Below are positions 41,667 through 51,121 of a DNA stretch of 64,000 nt, piece by piece (the stretch's first letter is position 1; every line of letters begins with the position of its first letter). Below the pieces are notes generated by a model. The model had not been told where the DNA came from, did not search any database, and was given only the letters and a program-made list of their open reading frames with translations. This DNA comes from an uncultured Candidatus Binatia bacterium (GTDB lineage: Bacteria; Desulfobacterota; Binatia; UBA9968; CAXXLF01): positions 2,976,001 to 3,040,000 of the forward strand of contig OZ244621.1 of NCBI GenBank assembly GCA_965218425.1, given 5' to 3'. Both the position numbers and the translations under genes were made by a program.

Positions 41667-41888
41667 TTCGAAAGCCGAATTTTAAAGCTCGAAATCTTTA
41701 ACAGACCAAAACGCTGCGCTCCAAAAATCGAAATCCAAATCCGGATAATCTTGAAATTTTGGTTCTTGAGCATTTGAGTTTATTTCGAATTTCGGATTTC
41801 GAATTCATGGTTGATTTATACTTGGCGCGCTTTGTGGTTCGACTCTGCTCGCCACCCTGAGTCTAGTCGAAGGGCGCCTTTGCGCGAG
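41667..41888. repeat. ~140-bp imperfect palindrome followed by a REP-like unit carrying a nested 40-bp insert
   Basis: TTCGAAAGCCGAA (41667) pairs with TTCGGATTTCGAA (41791); nested unit at 41821-41888. Confidence 0.7.
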
Positions 41889-42026
41889 TCTTCTTTTCCC
41901 TTAAGTGTCTATAGATGAGCCATGTCATGAGTGCGAAATTCCTGTGTTAGAGGAGAGAGACTAACCGATGGTAGGGTGCTGTGTCAAAGAGCCGGTGAAA
42001 GTCTTTGTTGCCCACGATCTTCTGGT

Positions 42027-42056
42027 TTGACATTGGCTTACCGGTGAGGCTAAGGT
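42027..42056 (+). promoter_or_regulatory. Sigma70-type promoter for the MFS-SDR-amidohydrolase-Rieske-UbiD run
   Basis: TTGACA-18 nt-TAAGGT; a divergent TTGACA on the minus strand at about 41982-41987. Confidence 0.5.
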
Positions 42057-42103
42057 CAGTACAATTTTTGAATTTGTTCATTTGCTCCTAGGAAAAAATC
42101 CTT

Positions 42104-43372
42104 TTGGCCACAAGCATTTCACAAACCGCAGTGCCAAGGGCGGAGCCCGCGCCGCGCTTTGCGGCCCTGCGTAACCCAACATTCCGTCTTTACTGGTTGG
42201 CCACGGTCAGTTCCGCTCTAGGTGATATCTCTGAGGCGGTGATCCGAAACTGGCTGGTTTGGGAGTTGACCAAGTCGCCTTTTTGGCTGGGCATCGCAAA
42301 CTTCTGTCACTGGCTACCCTTCAGTCTCCTGTGCCTTCATGCCGGGGTGTGGGCCGACCGCGTTAACAATAGAAAACTGGTCCGACTGTCGGAGTTCTTT
42401 TACCTCGCTTCGGCCGTCGTCATGGGAGTGCTTGTCCTGGCTGGAGTCATTCAGCTTTGGATGGTTTTGGTGCTGTTGATCTTACATGGCACCGGCGGGG
42501 GAATGAGCCAGCCCAGCAGAATGGTGATAGTGCATAATATGGTGGGAAAAGAGGCGCTTCTCAATGCCGTCAGTTTGAGTTCCTCAGCGCGTCATTCCTT
42601 GCAGGTCATCGGGCCCCCATTGGCAGGTCTGGCCCTTGTATCCATTGGAGTGGGGTGGGCCTACCTCATCATTGGAATGCTCTTTTTGCCTCTCATCCTG
42701 ACTCTGGGCGCCATGCGAATCGCTGAAACCCCTCATACAACAGAGGGGGAGCCCGTATCCGCATGGCTGAGCCTTAAGGAAGGGCTTCACTATGCAAGGT
42801 CAAATCCGATACCGTCGAGCCTATTGGCTCTGGCGGCCGCCCCCACCATACTCATCGGTAGCAGCTTTCAATCCATGCTTCCTTATTTTACGGAAAAGGT
42901 GTTTGGCCTGGGAGCACAGGGGTACAGCTTCTTACTGGCGGCCACCGGGGTTGGGGCCATTTTGGGGGCTCTAGGATTGTCCTGCATGCGCAGTGTCACC
43001 CACAAAGGGGCCGTGGTGCTCGGGTTTACCCTTGCCTATGCATTATTCATTATCGCCTTCGCTTGTTTCTCCTGGTATGTACCCGTGGTTGCGGCGTCGC
43101 TCTTTCTGGTGGCTTATGGTTCATCCTTTGTCATTCATCAAGCCTCAATCAATACGCTCCTGCTAATGGTGGCGCCACAGGCCGTGCGCGGACGGGTCAT
43201 GGGACTTTACAGCATGTCGGTATTTGGTCTACAGATCTTTAACGGGCCTGCTGTGGGTACCCTGGCGGTCGTCATCGGCATGTCCTCCGCCTTGTCCATT
43301 GTTGGGGCGTTAATTGTCATGATTACTCTAACCATTACTCTGAAGGTTCCGGCCTTGAGACGATTGCAATAA
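42104..43372 (+). CDS. MFS transporter (DHA3/EntS-like)
   Basis: FAALRNPTFRLYW, AGVWADRVNNRKL, RGRVMGLY. Confidence 0.88.
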   Translation: MATSISQTAVPRAEPAPRFAALRNPTFRLYWLATVSSALGDISEAVIRNWLVWELTKSPFWLGIANFCHWLPFSLLCLHAGVWADRVNNRKLVRLSEFFYLASAVVMGVLVLAGVIQLWMVLVLLILHGTGGGMSQPSRMVIVHNMVGKEALLNAVSLSSSARHSLQVIGPPLAGLALVSIGVGWAYLIIGMLFLPLILTLGAMRIAETPHTTEGEPVSAWLSLKEGLHYARSNPIPSSLLALAAAPTILIGSSFQSMLPYFTEKVFGLGAQGYSFLLAATGVGAILGALGLSCMRSVTHKGAVVLGFTLAYALFIIAFACFSWYVPVVAASLFLVAYGSSFVIHQASINTLLLMVAPQAVRGRVMGLYSMSVFGLQIFNGPAVGTLAVVIGMSSALSIVGALIVMITLTITLKVPALRRLQ

Positions 43373-43434
43373 GCCCTGGCAGGGAAGATGCCGCCTATTC
43401 ATCTAAAATCTATTTATGGAAAGGAGTTGGAACC

Positions 43435-44178
43435 ATGCGCTTAAAAGATAAAGTCGCCATTATTACGGGAGGAGGTGGTAAGATTGGCAAAGCCTATGCT
43501 CTGGGAATGGCCAGGGAGGGGGCAAAGCTGTGTCTCCCTGACATGGTTGATGCCACTCCGGTGGTGAAGGCCATTACAGACGTTGGTGGGGAGGCTATGA
43601 CCGTCCAGTGCGATGTCTCCGATGAGAAGAGCGTTCAGTCCATGGTGGAGGCTACCGTAAAGCGATTTGGCAGGGTGGATATTCTCGTGAACAATGCAGC
43701 CTATTTCATGAACATCAAGAAGAGTCGCTTCTGGGAAATGGAGGTGGAAGAGTTCGACAAGGCCATGGCGGTGAACGTACGAGGGGTCTGGCTTTGCGCC
43801 AAGGCCGTTTTCCCGCATATGAAAAAACAATCCAAAGGAAAGATCATTAATATTTCCTCCGGTGTGGTCCTCAACGGTACTCCTGATTACGTGCACTACG
43901 TCTCCTCTAAGGGCGCGGTCATGGCCATGACCCGTGCCATGGCTCGAGAGTTGGGAGACTACGGGATTTGCGTCAACACCATTGCCCCGGGATTTGTGGT
44001 GACGGAGGGTCGAAATGTGACTCCCGAGCAAGTAAAGAGGGCCAACGAGCGGCGTAGCTTCAAGCGGTCACAGGTGGAGGGGGATTTGGTGGGGACCATG
44101 CTGTTTCTTGCCTCTTCGGAAAGCGATTTCATGACGGGGCAGCTCCTGTCAGTGGACGGGGGCACCAATTTTCTATAG
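43435..44178 (+). CDS. Short-chain dehydrogenase/reductase
   Basis: TGGGGKIG, NNAA, YVSSK, VNTIAPG, MTGQLLSVDGG. Confidence 0.92.
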   Translation: MRLKDKVAIITGGGGKIGKAYALGMAREGAKLCLPDMVDATPVVKAITDVGGEAMTVQCDVSDEKSVQSMVEATVKRFGRVDILVNNAAYFMNIKKSRFWEMEVEEFDKAMAVNVRGVWLCAKAVFPHMKKQSKGKIINISSGVVLNGTPDYVHYVSSKGAVMAMTRAMARELGDYGICVNTIAPGFVVTEGRNVTPEQVKRANERRSFKRSQVEGDLVGTMLFLASSESDFMTGQLLSVDGGTNFL

Positions 44179-44215
44179 AGTCTAACCCAATTCAAAACGA
44201 AAAGGAGATTACCCT

Positions 44216-45241
44216 ATGGCAAAGGGATACGTTGACGCCGATGGTCATGTCATGGAAAACGAACAGGAGTTGAACGAATTCATTGAAGCCCCATTCAACA
44301 ATCGTTATGTCTCCGCGCGTCTGATGCTTCCGAGCCTCGACGAGTTTCATACCCCCAACGCTCGCCCGCGCCAGCCCGGAACCTTCGATCCGACTGTTGG
44401 GCCTGAAAGATGGCTTGAGTTCCTGGATAGGACGGACACCGATCATTCGGTGCTGTATCCCACCCTAGGGTTGGCCTATGGTCATGTGGTTTATCCTGAT
44501 TGGGCAACGGCCTTTGCCAAGGCTTACAACAATTGGCTGAGTGAAAAGTATTTGAGATTTAGCCCCCGCTTCAAGGGTATCGCACTCATCCCGATGCAGG
44601 ACGTTCCCAGCGCCGTGGCCGAGCTGAAGAGGGCAATGAAAGAACCTGGAATGGTCGGAGCCATGATCCCCTCCAACGGTCTCAAGAGGCATGTCAGCGC
44701 CCGGGAGTTCTGGCCCATTTACGAAGAGGCGGAAAGGCTGGATTGTGTGATGGCCGTGCATGGTGGGAGTTACAGCGACCTGGGGTTCAATACCTTTACG
44801 GTTTTCCCGCCCACCAGGGCGTTGGGGATGCCTGTCCCCTTGGCCATTGCAATGACGGGCATGATCGCGGACGGAGTGTTCGATCGATTCCCCAAGCTCC
44901 GGGTGGGGTTTTTAGAGGGAGGAACCAGCTGGATTCCAATGGTAATCGACCGGTTGGAGCGGGAGGTGGAGTATGGGGGGCTGCGCCTGAAGAGTTCCCC
45001 GGAGGATTATTTTCGCAACGGTAGAGTGTTTGTGGGGTGCGAAGGCAATGAGAAGGCCTTGGCCTATTCCATTGACCGCATCGGGCATGAGCCGTTTATG
45101 TTTGCTTCCGACTACCCCCACGAAATTGCCGCGGACAACGCCATGGGTGAGATTGATGAAATACTGGAGCGCAAGGACCTGAAAGAAGAACATAAGGCGG
45201 CGATCCTGGGGGAAAACGCCAAGAAGTTTTACAAGATTTGA
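44216..45241 (+). CDS. Amidohydrolase_2 family metalloprotein (decarboxylase/hydratase type)
   Basis: DADGH, AYNNWL, AVHGG, FLEGGTSW, FASDYPH. Confidence 0.88.
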   Translation: MAKGYVDADGHVMENEQELNEFIEAPFNNRYVSARLMLPSLDEFHTPNARPRQPGTFDPTVGPERWLEFLDRTDTDHSVLYPTLGLAYGHVVYPDWATAFAKAYNNWLSEKYLRFSPRFKGIALIPMQDVPSAVAELKRAMKEPGMVGAMIPSNGLKRHVSAREFWPIYEEAERLDCVMAVHGGSYSDLGFNTFTVFPPTRALGMPVPLAIAMTGMIADGVFDRFPKLRVGFLEGGTSWIPMVIDRLEREVEYGGLRLKSSPEDYFRNGRVFVGCEGNEKALAYSIDRIGHEPFMFASDYPHEIAADNAMGEIDEILERKDLKEEHKAAILGENAKKFYKI

Positions 45242-45269
45242 AGGATCGACTTCAAGGCGATCATAGGGA

Positions 45270-46457
45270 GTGGTAATCGTGGCCACACATTCCTTCGATT
45301 TTGCCCGCACGGGACCCGACACCTTGGCCGGACAGTATCTGCGAAAGTTCTGGCATCCGGTCTACCGATCTCAAGATTTATCGCCCGGCAGGATGGTTCC
45401 CATACAAATCATGAGTGAAAGGTTCACGCTCTACAGGGGAGAGACGGGGACTCCCCACGTGATTGCATTTCGATGCGCCCATCGTGGAACTCAGCTATCC
45501 ACCGGTTGGGTCGAAGGGGACTCTGTTCGATGCCGTTATCATGGGTGGAAATACGATGGCTCCGGACAGTGTGTGGAACAGCCGGGTGAGGAGGAGTCTT
45601 GCGCCCCCAAGGTCCAGATTCGCAGCTACCCCACGAAGGAGTACCTAGGTCATATCTTTGCTTATCTCGGTGAAGGTGAAACCCCGCCTCTGAGGCGGTT
45701 CCCAGATTTTGAAAGGCCAGGTATTGTGGAAGCGGCGACCCCGGAGATCTGGCCCTGCAACTATTTCAGCCGGATTGAAAACGATCCAAACCACGTGCCG
45801 TTTGTCCATCGGGAGTCCCTGTTGCGAGCAGGTCGCACTGAACGACTCTTTCCACGCAAGGTTTCAGCCGAAGAGACGGAGTACGGTGTTAGAATGGGCA
45901 TGAGCGTCCCCGGAGAACCGCAAGCCTTTCTTCATTTCCACATGCCGAATATCATACAGTCGAGATCACGAGTCCGGGTAGAAGGCTCGCAGGAGGACGT
46001 GAATACCCTATGGGCGGACCGTTATCTCATGCATGTCCCCATTGACGATGAAAGTAATGTTACCTTTATCGCCGATTGGATCCCCGTTATCGGCACGGCG
46101 GCACAGAGCTATCAAAATCGGCGCCTTCAGGCGCGGAAAACCATGAGTGTCTCTCCAAATCAAATTGGGGAAGCCGTTTTAGCCGGGAAAATGCGTATCG
46201 AGGACATGGATAGAGAGACTCCTACTTATTACTCATTTTGGGTGGAGGATTACGTGTCCCTGGTGGGGCAGGGCCCCATTGCCGACCGCGCCCAGGAGCA
46301 ACTCATCCAAGCGGATATAGGAGTTGTGTTCATACGCAAGATTTGGGAGCGTGAGCTTCGCGCGCTGGCAGAAGGACTCCCCCTCAAAGAGTGGACCACG
46401 CCGCCAGGGCTGGCAGATCAGAGCGTGGTTGCGGCTCCCCAGCGGATTTCCACGTGA
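45270..46457 (+). CDS. Rieske non-heme iron oxygenase alpha subunit 3
   Basis: CAHRG...CRYHGW, ENDPNHVPFVH, EDYVSLVGQ. Confidence 0.92.
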   Translation: MVIVATHSFDFARTGPDTLAGQYLRKFWHPVYRSQDLSPGRMVPIQIMSERFTLYRGETGTPHVIAFRCAHRGTQLSTGWVEGDSVRCRYHGWKYDGSGQCVEQPGEEESCAPKVQIRSYPTKEYLGHIFAYLGEGETPPLRRFPDFERPGIVEAATPEIWPCNYFSRIENDPNHVPFVHRESLLRAGRTERLFPRKVSAEETEYGVRMGMSVPGEPQAFLHFHMPNIIQSRSRVRVEGSQEDVNTLWADRYLMHVPIDDESNVTFIADWIPVIGTAAQSYQNRRLQARKTMSVSPNQIGEAVLAGKMRIEDMDRETPTYYSFWVEDYVSLVGQGPIADRAQEQLIQADIGVVFIRKIWERELRALAEGLPLKEWTTPPGLADQSVVAAPQRIST

Positions 46458-46586
46458 CGCTATCTATTAAGAGATGTATTGCTCGATTTGCTCGTGTATT
46501 AGTTCAAGTGTCTGGTTGGGTAATGACAGGGGCGACGTTATTTTTATCGGCGTAAAATCCCCCACGGCTTTTCAAGGAGTGTAGTT

Positions 46587-48008
46587 ATGGGTATCTACGA
46601 TCTTCATTCCTTCTTGGATGAATACGAGCGAGATTTCCCGGATGAGGTGGTGCATATCGAAGAACCCCTGAACGCCGCCTGGGAGATCACCGCGTTGGCC
46701 ACAAAGATGGAAAAAGCCAAACGGTTTCCTGTGATCATCTGCCATAACGTTATGGTGGAAGGCCGACGGATGGAAATGCCGCTGGTCACTTTTCTCATGG
46801 CCAGCCGAATTCGGTTGGCCCGTGCCTTGGGAACGGACATACAACAGGCGGGGGTCGCCTGCTACCAACGAGTGCAGGAGAGACGGAAGCCGCAAGTGGT
46901 TCCTCGTGGTGATGCACCGGTGAAAGAGGTGGTGGAAAAGGGCTCAAATGTGGATGTTCAGGGCTTTCCCGCCCCCCTGCACCACCGCATGGATCCGGGT
47001 CGGTACATTACGGAGGGACTGTTTCTCACACAAAACCGCAATTCTCGGTTGGACAACTCAGCCATGCATCGGGGATGGTTGTATGGGAGTGATGAAATTC
47101 AAGTATTCCTGGGGCGAAACTCCCATAATGCGGACAACCTCAGGCAGTACGAGCAGGCGGGTGAGGATATGCCCGCTGCCTACTGGGTGGGACACCATCC
47201 CCTGGTCCTGCTGGGAGCGGCAACCCATGTGGGGCCGGATGAGAGCCATTTCGAGACCGCGGGTGGTACCGTTGGTTCACCCCTTAGGCTCGTGCCGTCC
47301 GAAACCCTGGGTGAGGACTTTCTGGTGCCAGCCGATGCGGAGATCGTAATTGAGGGGTATGTCCCCAAGGGCAGTCGCAGGCCGGAGGGCCCCTTTGGTG
47401 AATACACCCGGTACGTTGGCCCCCAGCGTTGGAATCCGACCTTCAAGGTAACGGCAGTGACCCGTCGTCGCAATGCCTTTTGGGATGACGTCATGGTGGG
47501 CCATACCCATTGGATCACTAGCCTCAGCCGCGAAGGCGTCATCCTCCGAGCCATACGAAGCATCGTTCCTGGAGCGCGTGCCGTTCACCTGCCCATGTCA
47601 GGTGGTGGAGGTGTGCACGTTTACGTGCAAATTCGTAAGACTGTGGAGGGACAAGGTAAGGCTGCAGCCGTGGCGGCACTGTCATCAGGATTCGGGCATA
47701 AGCATGTGTTCGTGTTTGACGAGGATGTTGACATCTTCGATGAGAAAGAGGTGCTGCTGGCGGTTGCCATGCGGTTTCAGGCGGATCGCGGATTGATTGT
47801 GTTGCCCGGATTGACCGGCGGGGTGCTTGACCCCAGCTCTCCGGACGGAACCACCGCCACCAAGATGGGTTTTGACTGTACCAAGCCTGTGGGCACGGCC
47901 TTCGCAGAGCGTCTTTCGGTACCCCCAGAAGTATTGCAAAAGATTGACCCCTTAAAGCTGCTAAGCCGCGAGAAGTGGGAGCGTATCCCAGTGGAGCCGT
48001 GGGGCTGA
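46587..48008 (+). CDS. UbiD-family prFMN-dependent (de)carboxylase
   Basis: DPGRYIT, MHRG, VPADAEIVIEG, EGPFGEYT, DEDVDIFD, LDPS, KMGFDCT. Confidence 0.9.
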   Translation: MGIYDLHSFLDEYERDFPDEVVHIEEPLNAAWEITALATKMEKAKRFPVIICHNVMVEGRRMEMPLVTFLMASRIRLARALGTDIQQAGVACYQRVQERRKPQVVPRGDAPVKEVVEKGSNVDVQGFPAPLHHRMDPGRYITEGLFLTQNRNSRLDNSAMHRGWLYGSDEIQVFLGRNSHNADNLRQYEQAGEDMPAAYWVGHHPLVLLGAATHVGPDESHFETAGGTVGSPLRLVPSETLGEDFLVPADAEIVIEGYVPKGSRRPEGPFGEYTRYVGPQRWNPTFKVTAVTRRRNAFWDDVMVGHTHWITSLSREGVILRAIRSIVPGARAVHLPMSGGGGVHVYVQIRKTVEGQGKAAAVAALSSGFGHKHVFVFDEDVDIFDEKEVLLAVAMRFQADRGLIVLPGLTGGVLDPSSPDGTTATKMGFDCTKPVGTAFAERLSVPPEVLQKIDPLKLLSREKWERIPVEPWG

Positions 48009-48031
48009 GGTGGAGCGGAACCCTGCCAGCC

Positions 48032-48061
48032 TTGACTCGTCTCAAGGCGGTGTGCTATGCG
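48032..48061 (+). promoter_or_regulatory. Putative promoter of the cupin-cupin-EutA-Cdc48 cluster
   Basis: TTGACT-18 nt-TATGCG with extended TG; mirrors 35114-35143. Confidence 0.4.
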
Positions 48062-48152
48062 AAGTTGAATTCAATAGAACTTTTGTAACTCAGAGGAGTT
48101 AGTCTTGCCTGCGCCATTGGCCGGGTGATTTCATCGGCCGGAGAGACGCTTC

Positions 48153-48686
48153 ATGGAGAGAGAAAGAGTCAGAGAGAAAGAGCCGGTACAAAAAGACCGG
48201 GGAGAGCACTACGAAAACATTCTGAGACTCAACGCAGAGGCCAGGGATCGTGCCCGAAATGGAAAAATCGTTATCAAGGCCAATGAACGGCCCTGGTACC
48301 AGTGCAGACAGGGTTTGATCAAACAATACCTTTCCTGGCACGACATGGAAGACTCCGCCGCAACGGACTGGTCCTGTTTTGTTCATGATATCAAGCGTCA
48401 TTCAGGCAAACACCGACACCAGGGTGGATTCAATCTATTTGTACTCGAAGGTGAAGGGATGACTGAAGTGGATGACCAGACAGTGGAGTGGGAGAAATGG
48501 GACCTGATACTGTTGCCGGTTAAACCGGGTGGGTGCGTTCACAAACATTACAACAAAGTCGAAGGAGAACCGGCCAAGTGGATGGCTTTCAAATACAATA
48601 CCTTTTCACAGGTTTTGGGCAGTATGTTTGATCAGGTGGAAAACTCGCCGGATTATAAAGGGGAGAAAAAAGCATCATCGGCATGA
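48153..48686 (+). CDS. Cupin protein, MERERVREKEP family, paralogue 2
   Basis: HSGKHRHQGG..LFVLEGEG, WEKWDLILLP, VHKHY. Confidence 0.85.
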   Translation: MERERVREKEPVQKDRGEHYENILRLNAEARDRARNGKIVIKANERPWYQCRQGLIKQYLSWHDMEDSAATDWSCFVHDIKRHSGKHRHQGGFNLFVLEGEGMTEVDDQTVEWEKWDLILLPVKPGGCVHKHYNKVEGEPAKWMAFKYNTFSQVLGSMFDQVENSPDYKGEKKASSA

Positions 48687-48733
48687 TTTAGTTGGAATTT
48701 TAGCACAGTAGAAGTCAGCAGGGAGGTTCCTAG

Positions 48734-49219
48734 ATGGCAAAAGACTTACTCGATAATCTGTTTTCGAAACGGGATGCCTGGCGCAAGAAGATGGAAGGTG
48801 CCAGGGCCTTGATCAAGTGGAAGGATCTCAAGTGGGAGATTAACAAACAAGGCAGGTTCAAGTGGTATCTTCACCCGGATATTGAAGATATTGCCAGCCC
48901 GGCCCATTTGTTTTTTATGCAGGAGATCCTCCCCGGGAGCCGCAGCGGGAAGCAGAAGGTCCAGGGGGGGATTGTACACCACATCCTGGAAGGAAACGGT
49001 TACACCATCGTAGATGGGGTGAAACATGACTGGGAAGCCGGAGATGTGGTGGCGTTGCCATTTCTACCCGACGGCTTGGAGTATCAACACTTCAATTCCG
49101 ACCCGGAAAAGTCAGTAATGCTAGTGGCAGCCATGCCCAACTTCTTCGACGTTTTCGGGGTGGACATGGGATCGGGTTTTGAACAACTCGAGGCCTGTCC
49201 CGAGTATCAGGCCGGCTAG
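48734..49219 (+). CDS. Divergent cupin lacking the canonical His ligands
   Basis: RSGKQKVQGG..HHILEGNGYT, DWEAGDVVALP, EYQHF; GGGAGG RBS. Confidence 0.8.
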   Translation: MAKDLLDNLFSKRDAWRKKMEGARALIKWKDLKWEINKQGRFKWYLHPDIEDIASPAHLFFMQEILPGSRSGKQKVQGGIVHHILEGNGYTIVDGVKHDWEAGDVVALPFLPDGLEYQHFNSDPEKSVMLVAAMPNFFDVFGVDMGSGFEQLEACPEYQAG

Positions 49220-49478
49220 GGTCTATTACTCTCAGCTGTTTTCGACGGGAAAGCGCGGGGTGGTCCCTTTTCTCAGTTGGTCTTGTGGTTCGCGGAGCGG
49301 AAGACCATCTGACCTTTTTAAGGCAACACCTTCGCCGTCTCCATACTTAACCGCCATTGGAATCAGTGAACCTGACCCACGGGTTTGTATGAAATCCGAG
49401 GGTCTCGGCCGGATTGTATGGGTGTCGAGTTGTGTGTTTGGAATGCCGGCAATAAATTCATGCGGCATAAGCTAGTTT

Positions 49479-51029
49479 ATGCATTTGGAAACATCCATTG
49501 CTGAGCCTCAGTTCCCGGCGTTCAATCTTCACGAGGGGCACTGGGACGAAGATGAGTTCTCAGAGGCCATGGACATCGCCCTGGGTGATGAATTTCTCTA
49601 CGGCAAGACCGACCTGGTCAAGGTTACCAGTATGGGCGTGCACATCGGCTCGGCAACGACCCATCTTGGAATCAGCAAGCTTTCTTTGCGCAAAGGCGGC
49701 AAGAATCTATCCAGTAAATCTGTGGTCAAAAGCAGAGAGATCTTTTACGAGTCTGCGGTGATTTCGACCCCGTTTCAAGATGACGGGCAGCTCCATGGGA
49801 AACAACTGAAAGCGTTTATTGAAAGTTCTTATAACGAGGCCCGCCTTGTGGGTCATCTGATCGAGACCGGAGTGGTGGTGATGAGTGGTAAGGCGACTGG
49901 GCCGAAAAATCTATCCGTGGTTGAAGAAGTGTTGGGACAGGAAAAGAGTCGGCTTCTTTTTGTTTCAGAGGGTTTGAAATTGCAGGCCATGCTGGCCGCA
50001 TTGGGGGCGGGAGCCGTGGAAAAATCCGGCAATGAGAAAAAAAGAGTCCTCAACGTGGACCTTGGAGCCGACGGAATCAGATTCGCATGGGTGGCCAATG
50101 GGTCCTTTGAGAATTTTTACTTTACCCGGGCCGGGGCGAAGGTGCTGGACATGGATGAGCAGGGGGAATTGACTCATTTGAGTGAGACGGGGCAGAAGAT
50201 AGCGGCTCAACTAGGTCTCAAGCTGCAGGCGGGCAAGCCGGTATCACGTTCCGAGAAACAGGCGCTGGGCAGGTTTCTGGCCGAGACCTTGCTTGACTAC
50301 CTGGAGGGGGAAAGTGTCTCAGAAAAAGGTAAGATCATATTCGACTCGACTCCTCCGCCCTTGGACAAGGTGGATTTCGTCCAGTTCTCCGGTGGGGTGG
50401 CTGAGTTTGTCTATGGTTACGAGAGTCAACCAGGAGTAGACGTTGGCTTTGATTGGGGAACCGCAATTCGTAAACGAGCACCCAGACTGGGTGTCAAAAT
50501 GGGAGTGCTGACACCCGGAAACCGGGTGCGTGCAACTCCGGTGGGGGTAGCCCTTTACTCGACTCCTGTGCCCCCTGAATCTTTCTTCTGCTCCCATGGC
50601 CATGTCCATGGTTTGAAAAATCTATTGGTGGTTTCTCCAAAGTTTGAGCCGGGATTGAAGAATGCAGAGGGCACCCAAAAAGAGATTGAAAAGGCACTCT
50701 CCCGTTTTGAGCTTCTTAACGGCTCGAGACAACCCTTTGCCTTGTCCATGGATTTGGTTGAAGGGCAGGACTCCGATGAGGCCGTCACCATGGGACTTTC
50801 CTCTGCCCTGGGCCATCTGTGGAATCATGACTTCCCCCTGGTCTTGGTGGGTGAATCGGATGCGCCATGTCGCCTCGCCAGAGAACTGGCCGCTCGAAAT
50901 CCGGATAACAATGGTAGTTTCATCGGGTTGAGTGGGCTCCATGCACACGATATGGACTTCATTGAAGTCCGAAACGCGGATCCAAATGGTGAGGTGCCGG
51001 TGCTGGTTCGTTCCATGGTGTTTCGGTGA
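49479..51029 (+). CDS. EutA-like ASKHA (actin/Hsp70-fold) protein
   Basis: SMGVHIGSATTHLGISKL, TPF, IETGVVVMSG, AMLAALGAGA, LNVDLG, FSGGVAEFVYG, VRATPVG, C-terminal VPVLVRSMVF match the EutA layout. Confidence 0.75.
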   Translation: MHLETSIAEPQFPAFNLHEGHWDEDEFSEAMDIALGDEFLYGKTDLVKVTSMGVHIGSATTHLGISKLSLRKGGKNLSSKSVVKSREIFYESAVISTPFQDDGQLHGKQLKAFIESSYNEARLVGHLIETGVVVMSGKATGPKNLSVVEEVLGQEKSRLLFVSEGLKLQAMLAALGAGAVEKSGNEKKRVLNVDLGADGIRFAWVANGSFENFYFTRAGAKVLDMDEQGELTHLSETGQKIAAQLGLKLQAGKPVSRSEKQALGRFLAETLLDYLEGESVSEKGKIIFDSTPPPLDKVDFVQFSGGVAEFVYGYESQPGVDVGFDWGTAIRKRAPRLGVKMGVLTPGNRVRATPVGVALYSTPVPPESFFCSHGHVHGLKNLLVVSPKFEPGLKNAEGTQKEIEKALSRFELLNGSRQPFALSMDLVEGQDSDEAVTMGLSSALGHLWNHDFPLVLVGESDAPCRLARELAARNPDNNGSFIGLSGLHAHDMDFIEVRNADPNGEVPVLVRSMVFR

Positions 51030-51121
51030 TGGCCGCAACTCGTAACGAGAGAGTGCTTTTATTGAATTTGATCAATAGAATGCTAAATGGGATGAATTTG
51101 AGAAAATTTTTTGCGTTAAGA

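Noticed and set aside
49232..49468. 78-aa minus-strand ORF between the small cupin and the EutA-like gene
   Set aside because: No clear RBS or motif, and opposite to the surrounding genes; left uncalled.
49479..51029. Interpretation as an ethanolamine utilisation (eut) locus
   Set aside because: No eutB, eutC, microcompartment shell or B12-related genes in the window.
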